From Mustelus asterias (taxonomy: Eukaryota): 64,000 nucleotides of DNA. Below are positions 1-13,708 of this stretch, in pieces. The position numbers and the translations under genes are program-made. The notes beneath the pieces were generated by a model that saw nothing but the letters and a program-made list of their open reading frames with translations, was not told the DNA's origin and made no database searches. Location of the stretch: the NCBI RefSeq assembly GCF_964213995.1, contig NC_135823.1, forward strand, positions 868,001 through 932,000. The letters are read 5' to 3'. Positions within the stretch are counted from its first letter, which is position 1. Each line of letters opens with the position of its first letter.

Positions 1-1080
1 GGTACCACTATGCAGGGTATCAGCAACAGTGATGTTGTTTCAAGGCTAGGGGGCGGAGGGTGCACTTTATCGTCCTTTCAGAAGAATTACCAGCCCAGCT
101 ACGACAGATCAGATTCCCCACCCTACTTTGTTGTGAAAAATAAACAGAGGGGATCTATCTGCTTGATAAGAAATGGAACCATACCTGTTGGCCGTAGCTA
201 CTGTATACAACAGATTGATATCACTGATGAGGCTGAGGCCATGATACAGGTCACAATCCAGTGGCCCATAGCCACCGTCCCGGTTAGCCTCTCCTCCGCT
301 TATGCAAGCGAGATGACTGCATATAATGGTACCTATTTTGTCTGTGGAAACAATGCCTATCCGTGGCTTCCCTGGAATTGGACAGGATCGTGTTATTTGG
401 CATATGTGGTGCCTTATATTCACAATTACACGGACTTACGGGACCACCCCGAGATACACCTGCTTAGGGCTAAGCGAGCCATTAGTGAGACAGAACGATT
501 CTTCATGATAGCCTACCCATTTTTTGGGACGGCAAAGGCAGCACAGGCTATTATACGGATGGCCTCAACCCTAGAGAAAGTTGCAAATGAGACTAAAAAT
601 GGTTTCAAGGAGGTGATCACGGCCATCTCTGAAATGTCAGCAGAGGTCGTAGCTATTCGAACTATGGCGTTACAGAACTGATTGGAACTCGAATATGTGC
701 TAGCCTCCCAAGGTGGAACATGTACCATAGTTGGCTCGAAATGCTGTACGTATATTCGCGAAGCTTCAGAGAATATAACTCGCTTAGCAGATTATATTAA
801 ACAAGTAGCAAAAGCAATACAGGAATAAGGGAACCAATATCATGATTATAACCCTGCGGGCTGGCTGGGGCAATGATTCGGGTCGTGGGGTTCATACCTG
901 ATGCATGGATTGATTGTATTAATTGTAATTGTAATTACTTGCTGTGTTTGTATGGCATTATTGAACGCCTGTTGCAAAACAGTAACAGCGCGAATTATGA
1001 CAGTCGCAAGTGTACAGGCGGAGGGGGCGGACCTCCCGACTAATGAGCTAGACCCATTCCCCGATAACATGTGGTTCTGA
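1..1080 (+). pseudogene. env: Endogenous retrovirus env (gamma-type Env, class I ERV), 3' part, three in-frame stops
   Basis: One frame from 1 to 1080 holds the furin site RAKR, a hydrophobic fusion peptide (FFMIAYPFFG), the ISD LQN*LELEYVLASQGGTC, CX6CC (CTIVGSKCC) and a TM (LIVLIVIVITCCVCMALL). Stops at 679-681, 826-828 and 874-876; natural stop at 1078-1080. Confidence 0.93.
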
Positions 1081-1131
1081 GTTGGTCATAGGTGCCATGT
1101 TTGGACCTGGCATCCGACCAGAAGGGGGGAG

Positions 1132-1807
1132 TGAAGTCGGGAATGGGTTAATGAACTTTGTCACACTTAAGCATTAAGACCCGAACTCTGTGATTTTGTT
1201 GAGAACACTGCAGAGTTCATGTTTTCGTCAGAGTTCGGTGTTTTTCATGTCTGTACCAGATAAGAGGACCAGCTATTTTTTGCTGTCTCCACTGTTATTC
1301 AGAAATGCGATTAACCCAGCTTGAAATAAGCTAAACAGTCTCCATTTTCATGTACCTTTGTTAACACGATGGAGTTGACATGTATGCCTTCTGTCTTTGT
1401 ATAACTATAGATTCATATATATATATTCATCATACGTTATTCATCTTATCCTGATATAAAGTATTATAGAAACTTGTATGTATATTAGTTAACTTGTTTG
1501 TGCAAAACCTGTGATGTTGTTTCAAGGATATAAATGACGAACAATCGTGGCCTTGGAGATTGAACAAACTACGCAGAGGAAGATACTGCTAATACAACAA
1601 GAATCTCACCATGAATAATGACAGACATCTTAGAGAATTGCAATGTAATGAGGGCGGGGCCCGGGACATATATAAACTCTGTTCTTACTTGTGTTCGATG
1701 AGAAGCCCTGGGTCCACTGTTAGGAACCTCACTTCTCCCACATATGTGAAAATAAACCTGCATTTTGATCTACTAATAGTGTCAGAGGTTTTTTTTTACC
1801 TACAACA
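1132..1807 (+). mobile_element. ERV 3' LTR
   Basis: Follows the polypurine tract gaagggggga (1121-1130). Begins TGAAG, has TATATAAA ~1669 and AATAAA ~1751, ends CCTACAACA, the same termini as the solo LTR at 9848. Confidence 0.8.
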
Positions 1808-1829
1808 GAATTAATTACTGATCTTCCAT

Positions 1830-3730
1830 TAAGAGATTCTCTAGGGAAGAGTGAAAATTGCAAAAAACAACGGCATATCATTCTGAAAAGGTCAGTAGCT
1901 GGCTGGAGGATTGAGAAACTTTTAAAGATCAAAAAGGTGTTCCCCAAAAAAGTAATAAAAAATATCAAGGGCAAGTAATGAAAGAGATCTACCACAAATA
2001 TAAAAATGGGCAGGAGGAATTTATCCCAGTATGTTAAAAGAAAGAGATTAGCTAAATTCAAAGTTGGTCCGTCAGACAGAGAGAGAGACAGGTGGAGTAA
2101 ATGTTGCAGAGCACCACGATTGCAGGGACTTTACTCAGTCAACATTGTGCTTAGGTTTTCGTCATGGGCAACACAGTAGCAATCTCAATAATAACAGGAA
2201 ATGCGGCTGTTGTTGAAATTGAGGAACTTAAAACAATCGCCATCACGAAGGGAAAAGGACTGCACAAACCATTTGGATTCCAGAGAGAAGAGTGGTGCCC
2301 AGAGCATGGTACCGTACCTCCTAAGGTCTTGAAGGAAGTGGAAACAGGGAAAATGGAGATATTTGAAAAGGTCCGTTGACCTCAGGTGGGATTTTTGTGC
2401 AGTTTCAGGTCGAGCGAGACCGTAAAATAAAGTCCACTGGTTACAATATTCCAAAATTCTCTGGATTCTGGAAAGATGGCAGTGAATTGGAAAAAGATCA
2501 GGTTACACCCTTGTTCAAAGCACGAGAAAGGCAGAAAGGAGAAAAGTATGGATAGTTCAACGACTGTGGTTGGGAAATTGTTTGAATGCATTATTGAGGA
2601 AGTAGTGACATGGAAAGGCAAAACGCAATCATCGGCTTAGCATGTTTTCATAAAGCGTAAACCGGTTTGACTATTTTTTTAGAGTACTTCTTAATGTAGC
2701 ATGCAAAGGGGATAATGTATTACTGTAGATGTAGTGACTGGACTTCGAGAAGGTAAGGTGTCACAGAAAAGGGTAATGCACAAAATAAGATCCAACGGGG
2801 TGGGGGTACTATTTTAGTTTGGTAGAGTATTGGCTCGCCAAAAGAAAGCAGGGAGTGGGAATTAATGGTTATATAATGGTTGACGTGGTGTATCTAATGG
2901 GGTGGCACCAGCATTAGCCCTGGGGCCCCAACTATTACAATCGATATCCATCAGTTGGAAGCTGGGATAGAATACACCACAACCAAATTTGCGCATGACA
3001 CTGATCTAAGTGGGAAGCAATTTGGAAATAGAAATAAGATATTTACAGATGGATCTGGAAAGGTTAGGAGAATAGGCAAAAAATGCACAGATGGGATTCC
3101 GCGTGGATAAGTGTGAAATTATACATTTTGGACAGCGAGGTAAAAAGGCAATGTATCACCTAGTTGGCGCCTTTGTTTATGAATCCCAGGAAGGTAATAT
3201 GCAGGTGCAAAATGTAGTAAAGAAGACAAATGGAATGTTGACATTTCTTCCCAATCGAATAGAGTATCAAAGTCTGGAATGCTGGTGCAACTGTATAGGG
3301 CATCGTTGAGATTGCATCTGGAATACTGCACGCAGTTGTGGTCCCGTTACTTGGGGAAGGAAGCAAATACATTAAGAGTGAACCGTTTAGGCATACTCTT
3401 GCTAGAGATTAGAAGAATAATACAAGTTCAAATTGAGTTAAAGGAAATTGTACTGAGTGTTAAGAGGCTGGACGTAGAGTCATTGTTTCCCTTTGTTGGA
3501 CATTCTATAACTGGAGTCCATAGCTTTAGATTAAGGGCTGGCAGAACTGAAACAGAAACGGGTTGGAACTATTTCACTCAAATGGTGGTAAATCTGTGGA
3601 ATTCTCCACCTCTATGTGCAATGAGAGCGAGAGCAATCAAAAATAGGAGCTCCATAGGTAGTGTCATGGAGAGTTATTTGGAAAGTCCAGAAAGATGAAT
3701 ATTGCCTTCTGCTTGTTCTTATGTTCTGAT
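1830..3730 (+). mobile_element. Degraded CR1-type LINE (RT region and 3' end)
   Basis: ORF fragments DKCEIIHFG, LYRASLRLHLEYCTQLWS and FTQMVVNLWNS; ends in a tgttcttatgttct tail. Confidence 0.8.
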
Positions 3731-3989
3731 GTGCGATTTGTAAGTGGGGTTAATAAGAGATCGGACAGCCCAGAGACAGGCTCGAGATTTTGGCAGCATC
3801 AGTATGAATCCCATTGATTGTGGATGGTGACGCATCACTGCTGAGGCCTGCGAGTGAACACTTTTACATATACTCCTGGAAGAACATTATCTCCTACCAA
3901 TCTGTCTTTTGGTGAAATGGTTCAGGAGATTGTATCAACTCCAATCGCCGTATGGACGCCACTTGCATCCGGAAAGACACCATTAACAT

Positions 3990-4990
3990 GGAAATATAGA
4001 AAAATAGAAGATCGGAGCAGGAGGAGGCCATTTGGCCCTTCAAATCTGCTCTGCCATTTATCATGGTCATGGCTGATTGTCCAACTCAACAGCGTAATCC
4101 TCCTTTCTCCCCATAAACACTGATCGCATTCATTCCGAGACCTATATCTAGCCGTCTCTTAAATACATTCAATATTTCGGCAGCACCTACTTCCTGAGTT
4201 ATTGAATTCCACAGGCTCACCACTCTTTGGGTGAAGAAATGTCTCCTCATCTCCGTCCTAAATGGTCTACCCCGAATCCCCAGACTGTCACTCCTGTTTC
4301 TGGATGCACCCACCATCGGGAACATCCTCCCTGAATCTATCCTGTGTGGTCCTCTCTGTATGATTACCCCCCCCCCCCCCTCATTCTTAACCTAGTCAAT
4401 CTCTGCTCATAAATCAGTCCCGCTATCCCCGGAATCAGCCTGTTAAACGTTCAGTACACTCCTTCAAGAGCAAGATAAAAACGTTTCCTCAGAAAAGGAG
4501 ACAAAAATGCACACAATATTCTTTTTGGTGTGACCTCAACAAGGTCCTTTATATTTGCAACGACGCATCCTTGCTGCTGTACTCAAAACCTCTCGCAATG
4601 AAGGCCAACATACCATCTGCCTTCTTTACCTACTGCTGCACCTGCATGCTGACCTTCAGCGTCTCGTGCACAAGGACAGCGAGGTCCAGCTGCACATTCC
4701 CCTTTCCCAATTTAGAGCCATTCAGGTAGTAATCTCTCTTCTTGTTTTTGCTGCCCAGGTAAATTGCCTCGCATTTATCCAAATTATACTGTATCTGTCA
4801 TTGATTTGCCCACTCACCCAACCTGTCCAGATCGTGCTGACGGATTTCTGCATCCACCCCACAGTTCACCCTGCCACCCAACTTGGTATAATCTGCTAAC
4901 TCTGAGATGTTACATTTTGTTTCCTCATTCAAATTATTAATATATATGGTGAATTGCTGCGGTCCCAGCACTGATCCCTGTGGCATCCCA
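3990..4990 (-). mobile_element. CR1-type LINE 3' fragment
   Basis: Minus-strand GMPQGSVLGPQQFTIYIN and RRHFFTQRVVSLWNS. Confidence 0.85.
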
Positions 4991-5117
4991 CACAGGGGCC
5001 ATTCGGCCCACGCAAGTTCCAGCTCTTTGAATATGTACTGTAATTCAATATTCCAACTGTTTCTACAAGAATCATTTTGCGTGTTGCAAATAGTCCAATA
5101 ATTGGTATTACCTATAC

Positions 5118-5942
5118 TGTGCAAAGACCCAAGCCGGAAATTCCAAGGTGCTTTATGAAGGTAGCCTCGATCCTATGTTCTTACATTGGAATTTGACACA
5201 GTTGTGCATAAGGTGTTTCACTCCGGGTATGATTCAATAGCCAAAGAGGAAGCTTTTATCAAACAAAGGTTATTTAAGAAGACAGTTCAATTTAAATCAA
5301 AATAATTAGCATAACTTTTACCAATTATAAGATTCGAACATGATACAGTCTAGACTTTACCAGAAAGCTATCTATGATGTTCCAATCCAAACAACATCTC
5401 CCAAACATGCACTCCTTCCTAGGATTAGTGCAGCTTTTTAACACATGTCGAGAATTGGTCTTTGGACTGTTGGATTAAATCGCTGAGGCTCCCCAGTTCT
5501 GGAACTTTCCAAAAAGCCTCTGGATAGAGAAATGGACAGGGACATGCCTGCCTCCATCAGCGTCTAACAGCAACTCACAGACAGCAGAACTTCGAACTTC
5601 AGAGAGAGGGGAAAGGCACTGTTGCTACTCCACCTCAGGCTACTGCTGAATAGCAAAACTATAAACTTGGAATTTTCCGAGAAAACAAATCTGCCCCCAG
5701 GCACCAGCTGACCTGTCGATCATGCTCCACCCGGTAATTCCAAAAGGATCATATTACCCGAGGATACTGCATTAGTCCAGATTAAAAAGGAACCAGATGG
5801 CCATTATATTGCTTCACTAACAATTAGAGGACACTTATCTCCAAAACCAACGCGGTGCCAACACAATGCTAGTAGTTTGTTGAAAACCCTATCAAGTAAC
5901 ATGATGATAAACACATTTTTTTAAAGGCGGAATATCATCACA
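5118..5942 (-). mobile_element. Putative solo LTR, same family as 41937-42840
   Basis: TG...CA termini. Both ends resemble the reverse complement of the ends of 41937-42840 (tgtgat..gcctttaa..aaatgt; ttgg..ttt.cggcttgg..). TSD unclear. Confidence 0.55.
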
Positions 5943-6369
5943 ACTACTTACAGGTGACATTGGCTGTGTCTGGAAACATTTTACACTTGAATGCAATAGT
6001 TTGTAAACACAATCGGCTCCTCAAATGAGCACGGCAATCACATGTGAAATGTTCCCTTCTTACTGACATAATGTAACATACTTCCAAGCCACATTTAGTT
6101 TCATAAACATTAAAAACCTGAACTGGAAATCATTGGTCTGATCATTATTGGATCAATAAATTTTGATATCATGTATAACCTCTATCAATTCAGCTTCCTA
6201 ACCAATATAATTGGTCTCAAATTAAAAACTATTTATTTTGCTGTAAAATGCATACCTCACAGATATTGCAAATTGACTCTGCAGACACTTGTTATACGTT
6301 AAAGATGGATAAGTTAATCCTCCTGAACTCAAGTCGTTCATCTAGAAATTTACTTCAACCATTGGTAGA

Positions 6370-7250
6370 ATTTGATTTGATCTGATCTGATTTATTATTG
6401 TCACATGTATTGGGATACAGTGAAAAACATTGTTTCTTGCGTGGTACACAGACAAAACATATCGTTCATTAAGTACATTGATTTGATGTATCATTGTCAC
6501 ATGTATTGAGACACAGTGAAAAATATTGCTTCCTCCGTACTATCCAGATAAAACATACGGTTCATAGAGTACTTAGATTTGATGTATTTTGATGTCTTCT
6601 TGTCACATATGTTAGTATGCTTTGCAAAGTATTGTTTCTTGTGCGCTATACAGACAAAACATAGCGTCCATAGAGCACATAGTGGAAAAGTAAACATGTG
6701 GTGCAAAATGTAGTGTTAGAGTGTAGTGCTTGAGTGTACAGAAAGATCAACTTAATATTAGGTAGGTCCATTCAAAAGTCTGACAGCAGCAGGGAAGCAA
6801 CTGTTCTTGACTCAGTCGGCACGTGATCTCAGGCTTTTGTAATTTTTTCCCGATGAAAGAAGGCGGAACAGAGTATGTCCGGGGTGCGTGGGGACTTTGA
6901 TTATGCTGGCTGCATTTCCCGAGGCAACAGGAAGTGTCCACAGAAACAATAGATGTGGGGCTAATTTGCGTGATGGACTGGGCGTCATTGGCAATACTTT
7001 GTAGTTTCCTGCCGTCCTGGTCAGAGCAGGAGCCCTACCAAGCTTTGAAACATCCCGAAAGGCTGCTTTCTATGCTGCATCTGCAAAAATTGGTGGGAGC
7101 CGTTGCAGACATGCCGAATTTGCTGAGCCTCCTGAGAATTTAGAAGGTTAGTGGGCTTTCTTAACTATAGCGTCGGCGCGGAACGTCCAGGACAGGTTGT
7201 TGATGATCTAGACATCTAGAAACTTACAGCTCTCGATCATTTCCTATTCA
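6370..7250 (-). mobile_element. Rex1/Babar-like LINE 3' fragment
   Basis: Minus-strand IIKVPTHPGHTLFRLLSSGKNYKSLRSR resembles the Rex1-type RT C-terminus; locally repeated 3' tail at 6370-6700. Confidence 0.65.
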
Positions 7251-8849
7251 ACAGTATGTCGTCCACGAAACGTTCTGAATTCGATGGCAGTCAGCCATTG
7301 GTCACGGCAAATTAATTAACCCTGAGGTCGGAAAGTTAACCAAACTCTGAATAAATAAGATACTAATGTTGAAATTGTTGAAAGATCAGTACCATGGGAA
7401 TGTTTTTGGGAAAGAACTGGCTTTGATATGCTGTTAAAAACAATGAGAGTCAATTGGCTGTGCAAAAGGTTTCACTTCCGCACTTAGTCACTGTTCGGTC
7501 TGTTCACTCGATTATCTGAAGCAAGAAACTGCAATTAGTATTTTAAAGTGATGGCGATGGATTGTGGGCGGCATGGTGGCACAATGGGTTATCACTGCTT
7601 TCTCACAGCGCCACGAACCCGAGTTCGAGTCCGGCCTTGGGTGACTGTATATGTGGAGTCTGCATGCTCTCCCTTTGTCTACCTGGGTTTCCTACTGGTG
7701 CTCCGCTTTCCGCCCACAGTCCGAACAACGTACTGGCTAGGTTCATTCGCCATGCTAAATTCTCCCACAGTGTACCTGAACAGGCGGTGCAGTGTGCAGG
7801 ATGGTTAGGAATTAAAGCTTCTAGACAACAGCGAGTTACTTATGCATTATTTATTAATGTCACAAGTAGGTTTGCATTGAAAGTGCAATGAAATTTATGT
7901 GAACATTTCCTCGTCTTCTCACTCTGGCGCCTGTTCTGGTACAATGAGGGAGAATCTAGCATGGTCAGTGCACCTCACCAGCAGATCTATCGGGCTGTGG
8001 GAGGAAACCGGAGCACCCAGAGGAACCCCACGCAGACACGGGGAGAACATGCAAATTCCACAACGACAGGGATCCAAGCCGGACCCCGGGTCCATGATAC
8101 TGTTAGGCAGCAGTGCAAACAACTACCATAGTCGGTGTGGGGTGTGGCCGGGAAGGTAATTGGAGGTTGTTGTATTATCATGCCCCCTCTGCTCCTCCCA
8201 CCTGTTTCTAGCAGGTAGCAATCTTCCTGAATTGTTACCATGCATATGTGTAGATATTACACAGTACGATCCCAGCGAACCACTGGTGAGAGGATTACTG
8301 GGGAAGCGCTGGGGAGGTCCACAACATTAATGAGCCACATTAATCTGAATCTGATAAGCCTGGTGGAAGGGATTACTGAGAAAGTGGGTTCTGAAATGAG
8401 CCGAGAGTGTTGAGCCTTACTGAGTGTCTGAACTACTTTGCAGAAATGCTTGATCTTGAACAGTGAAGAAGGGGGTGAGTAGAGGCAGCAGCAGAGAGCG
8501 GGGCTCGGCAGCAAAGAGGCACATTGCCTGTGACCGCGGCTATTATTTCTCTGAGCGTCAAAATACTCTTACTCAGAGCCCACTCGGGTCTGTGCAAAAC
8601 GCACTGTCGTGCGGAGATGGCTGGTCAAGATTCTGACCACTTCACCACCTCATGCTTGAGACGGAAAATGATGTTTGAGCTGTCAGTGGCTTTCCTGCTT
8701 TTAAGAGTTGTGGCGTTTCACGGACAGAACTGCCTGCAGTAGTCAAACGCTGGAACTCAGTGTTACATTGCAGATTGATGAGTGTTTCCCGCCTGGAGAT
8801 GGATTGGGGTGAACAGGAAACAGGTTACTGTACGATTAGGGAGATATAT

Positions 8850-9700
8850 GTAGCACGGAAACAGGCCCTTCGGTCCAACCCATCCTTGCTTACCAGGTTT
8901 CCTAAACTGAACTAATCCTATTTTTCTACGTTTGGCCCAGATCCCGCTAAACTTTTTCCATCCATATACCTGTTCAAATGTCTTTTAAATGTTGTAATTG
9001 CACCTGGCACAACCACTCAGTCTGGCAGCTCATTCCATATACATACCAGGCTCTGTGTGAAGCAGTTACCCCTCACAACCCTTTATACATTCCCCTCTCA
9101 ACTTCAACCTATGCTCTTCCATTTTCGACTCTCCTATCCTGGGGAATCTACCTTGGCTTTTCGCCTTACCTGTGCCCCTCGTGATTTTCTAAACCCGTGT
9201 GAGGTTAGAGCCATAGAGACATAGAGGTTTACAGCATGAAAGCGGGCCCTTCGGCCCAACTTGTCCATGCCATGTTTTCTTTTTTAAACCCCTAAACGAA
9301 TCCCAATTGCCCGCATTTGGCCCATATCCCTCTGGACCCATCTATTCCAGGTAACTACCTAAATGCCTGTTAAAAGACAACATTGAACCCGCCTCTACCA
9401 CTACCTCGGGCAGCTTGCTTCAGACACTCACCACCCTCTGTGCGAAAAGATTGCCCCTCTGGACACTTTTGTATCTCTTCCCCCTCACCTTAAACCTATA
9501 GTTTTGGACTCCCCTACTTTTGGTAATATGTCTTGACTATCTAGCTGCTCTCTGCCCCTCATTATTTTATAGACCTCCATAAGGTCACCCCTCAGCCTCC
9601 TACGCTCCAGCCTCTCCTTATAACCTAAACCATCAAGTCCCAGTAGTTAAAATCATTTCTATATTAGGGTGACCAGAACTGCACACAGTATTTATTTCCC
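8850..9700 (-). mobile_element. Two CR1-type LINE 3'-end fragments
   Basis: Typical LINE 3' UTR (acaggcccttcggccc..., accaccctctgtg..aaa). Confidence 0.7.
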
Positions 9701-9847
9701 CAAGTTCCCTAACATCCATGCTTTCCTCAACAGTTAAACTAACTTTACCGTTTACAAATCGATCTGATGACACGTGACCATTTAGATTTTTTAAAAAATG
9801 TTATTGTGACAAGTAGACTTACAATAACACTGCAATAAAGTTACAGT

Positions 9848-10593
9848 TGAAGGAGGAAATTTTCCAGAAAACCATATTTGCATCATCAAACATATTTACA
9901 TATTGGACTAATTGGCACCACTCATAACGGGCCAACAATGCAGAGGGGCACCCCCGGATGGATATTCGATCGGGTCCCCCCCTGCACAGCTGAGAGACTC
10001 ACGAATTTCAGAAACTACGGAAGATCCCTAATCTGCCTAGCAACAGCGCGTAGCTGCATTTTAAACTGGCCAAGGCAGACATAAAAATCTGATAAACTAA
10101 GAGATAAGGATAAAAGGTTAAGAATGAAATACCCCAGACACCCAACAGGACAGGATGACATTAACACTCAATCTCACAAGCAGGAAACACAGACACGGAA
10201 CAATAGGATCAATTTAAATAAGAGGACACATAGAGATGGTAATGGGAAACGCATTTAGACACCGGGGCAGGACCAAGTAATCCCATTAACACGAACACAC
10301 ACCATACAAATGCTAATCCATGAAACTTCCTAGGGACTTTTGAAACTGACAGACCACTTTATACATTGTGTAAAAAAAGGCATAATCAAATGTTCCCGCG
10401 CGAATTTTGGATCCCTATAAAGATCCAGAGCTGATGTGATTTAATTGAGATCAACGTGGCCAAGCCACTGTTTCTGAGCTGGCTACGGGGGTCTCCCTGG
10501 GATCCCAGTAATTGTACAATAAAGACACGCTTTGAACCTTGATTTGCGACTCAACTTCTATTCTGCACTGGTAAGGGATATTTCCCTACAACA
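9848..10593 (+). mobile_element. ERV solo LTR with 4-bp TSD, inserted in a SINE
   Basis: TGAAG...CCTACAACA flanked by the direct repeat CAGT (9844-9847, 10594-10597); TATAAA ~10416, AATAAA 10518-10523; removing it restores the SINE motif aagttacagtgaaaatcccc. Confidence 0.88.
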
Positions 10594-11499
10594 CAGTGAA
10601 AATCCCCGACTCTCCACACTCCGCCAGCTGTTCGGGTAGACTGAGGGAGAATTTAGCTTGGCCAATGCATCTAATCAGCTCGTCTTTGGACTCGGGTGGA
10701 AACCGGAGCACCCAGAAGAAATCCACGCCGACACGGGGGAGAACGTGCAAACTCCTCACAGACAGAGACCCGGCACGGTGGCACAGTGGTGAGCACTTCT
10801 GCCTCAGCGCCAGGGACCCGGATTCCATTCCCGGGTTGGTTGACTCTCTGTGTGGACTTTGCACATTCTCTCCGTGTCTGCGTGAGTTTCCTTCGGGTTC
10901 TCCAGTTTCTCCCTAGTCCAAAGATGTGCAGGTTAAGTGAATTAGCCAAACTAAATTGCCCCTGGTCAGGGGGTTTAGTGGGGTGAATATGTGGGGTTAT
11001 TGGGATACGGCCTGGGTGGGATTGTTGTCCGTGCAGGCTCGATGAGCCGACTGGCGTCCTTCTCTACTGTCAGGATCAAAAAAAGTTCTAAAAAGCCACG
11101 AATTTAACCCAGGTCACTGGAGCTGTGAGGCAGCAGTGCTAACTACTGTGATGCCAAATCTAGCCTGTCCAGTCCCGTCGGGATTTTATATATTTCTGTG
11201 AGATCACCTCTCATTTTTCTAAATTCCCGTGAGTACAAATCCAGACGACCCAGTCTCCCTTCATACTTCAGTTCTGCCATTCCGGGAATCAGTCTGCTGA
11301 ACCTTCGCTGCACTCGCTAAATGGCAAGACTGTCCTTCCTCAGTCAAGACCAAATCTGTGGCCCCACCAATGGCCTGTTAAACTGAAGCAAGACATCCTT
11401 ACTCTGATGCTCAAATCCACTTCTAAAGGCAAGCATGCCATTAGCTTCCCTCACCACCTGCTGTACCTGCATTCCAACGTTCAGCGACTGTCCGGTCAC

Positions 11500-11937
11500 C
11501 TTACCTGCACATCTTTGGACACGAAGGCGCAATTTAGAAAGGCCAATCCACCGAACCTACACATCGTTGGACACAAAGAGGCAATTTTGCATGGCCAATC
11601 CACCTACTCTGCACATTTTTGGGCACTAAGAGACAATCTAGCATGGCCAATCCAACTAACCTACACATTTTTGGACACTAAGGGGCAACTTAGCATGGCC
11701 AATCCCCGTAACCCACACATCTCTGGACACGAAGGAGCAATTTAGCATGGCCAATCCACCTCACCCGCACCTCTTTGGACACGAACGGGTAATTTAGCAT
11801 GGCCAATCCACTTAAAATTACCATCTTTGGGCACCAGGGGACAATGTGGTATGGTCAATCCCCGAACCTACACATCTTTGGCCACTAAGGGGAAATTTAG
11901 AATGGCCAATCCACCTAACCTCCACATATTGGGACAC
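11500..11937. repeat. Minisatellite, ~52-nt unit x ~8, derived from a SINE-internal repeat
   Basis: Repeating ggacactaaggggcaatttagcatggccaatccacctaacctacacatcttt. Confidence 0.9.
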
Positions 11938-13708
11938 ATTTTTTCTGAATCATAGAATCATAGAAGCCCTACAGTGCAGAAGCAGGTAATTTGATCCACG
12001 GAGTCTGCACCGACAACAACCCTACCTCGGCCTTATCCCCGTAACCCCACATATTTACTCTGCGAATACCACTCACTATGCATCCTGGGACACTTAGAGA
12101 CAATTTATCATGGCCAATGCACCTATCCCACACAGCTTTGGACTGTGAGAGGAAACTGGAGAAAACCCATGCAGATGCGGGGAGAACGTGCAAACTCCAT
12201 ACAGACAGTGAACCAAGCCACGAAGTGAACTCAGGTCACTGGCTCTGTGAGGCAGCAGTGCTAATCATTGTGCCACTGTCCCACCCTGATAGTGTATTCG
12301 ACCCAATCATTTTGCTTCAGGGCACTTTTTGATGAAGTTGCTTGTGAAATTCACTGGGAAAATGCAAACCCAACTGCAGGGGCATGTATCTGCAACATCG
12401 ATGAGTTTTTTTTTGGACAGAACACCTTATTTCAAATTTAGAATAACTGTCCACATTTGCGCCCCTCCATAGTACAGAGAGGAAATTCAGACAATAGATT
12501 CAGCGCAACCAGTTTCGAAGATGAAAGGCAGGACTGAGATGTCATAAATAACAGGAGAGGAAAAATAGTCTGGGACTATTTTTACTCAAGAATACAAGGC
12601 CGAGGGGTGGCAGAATAGATGCCTTAAAATTAGTTCAGCAATACATTCTAAATGACGATTTTCGGTTTATGGGGAGGCGATGGCCCAGTGATATTATCGC
12701 TTGACTATGAATCCAGAAACACAGCTAATGCTCTGGAGACACGAATTAGAATTCTGCCACGGCAGCTGATTGGAATTTGAATTTAGTGACAAATATCTCG
12801 AATTCAGAATACTGCTGACAATGAAACAACTATTGATTGTCGGGAAAGAACCCATCGTTTACTCGTGTCCTTTCGGGAAGGAAATCAAGATTCTCTCAAG
12901 GTTGACGTGCATAAGGATGGGGAGGGATCTTATTGAAACTTACAGGATATTGAGAGGCCGGGATAGAGTGGACGTGGAGAGGATGTTTCCACAAGCCGGA
13001 AAAACTAAAGGGACGATCCTTTAATACAGAGATGAGGGGGAATTTATTCAGCCAGAGAGTGGTGAATCGTTGCCGCAGAAGGCTGTTGGAGGCCAGGTCA
13101 CTGAGTGTCTTTATGAAAGAGATAGATAGGTTCTTGGTTAATAAGGAAATCAGGGGTTGTGTTGAAAAGGCAGGAGAATGGAGATGAGAAAAATATCAAC
13201 CATGATTGAATAGCGGAGCAGACTCGATGGGCCGAGTGGCATAATTCTGCTCTGATGTCTCATGGTCATATGGTCTTATGGAAATCTGTTGTCATTACCC
13301 AGTCTGGCTTGCATGCCACTTTAGAACCACAGCAATGTTCTTGATTCTGAAATGCCCTCCAGTGGGCAGTAAATGTGGGCCAACCAGGGACACCCACGTC
13401 CCACGAATGATTAGAAATGTAGATATTTAAACTTTAAAAAAAGTTACCCAGAGCATTCAGCATGCATCCATCCAATATAACTCTGACCTACAATCGAGAA
13501 AAGTTATTGATTGTACTCTATCATTTGGATGCTGTGGCCCACAAACGGTGGGTTATGTCAAACGAATGTTGCATTCACCTCAATACTTCCCCACAATTTT
13601 GGCATAATTTCCACAGCAGTGCCCGTCATATTTTCCAGTGAATCTGAAAAGGCCCACCTAACTGGGACGCAGACCACGTCAGTGTGTACGCTTTGTCTGC
13701 AGAAGCTA

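Noticed and set aside
7570-7640. tRNA genes
   Set aside because: The A/B-box-like sequences are tRNA-derived SINE heads followed by SINE bodies.
10790-10800. Many CACAGTG heptamers as V(D)J RSSs
   Set aside because: They are part of the SINE head (ggcacagtgg) or other repeats; none flanks a V exon with a nonamer.
11500-11937. CRISPR-like array
   Set aside because: No unique spacers; eukaryotic SINE-derived tandem repeat.
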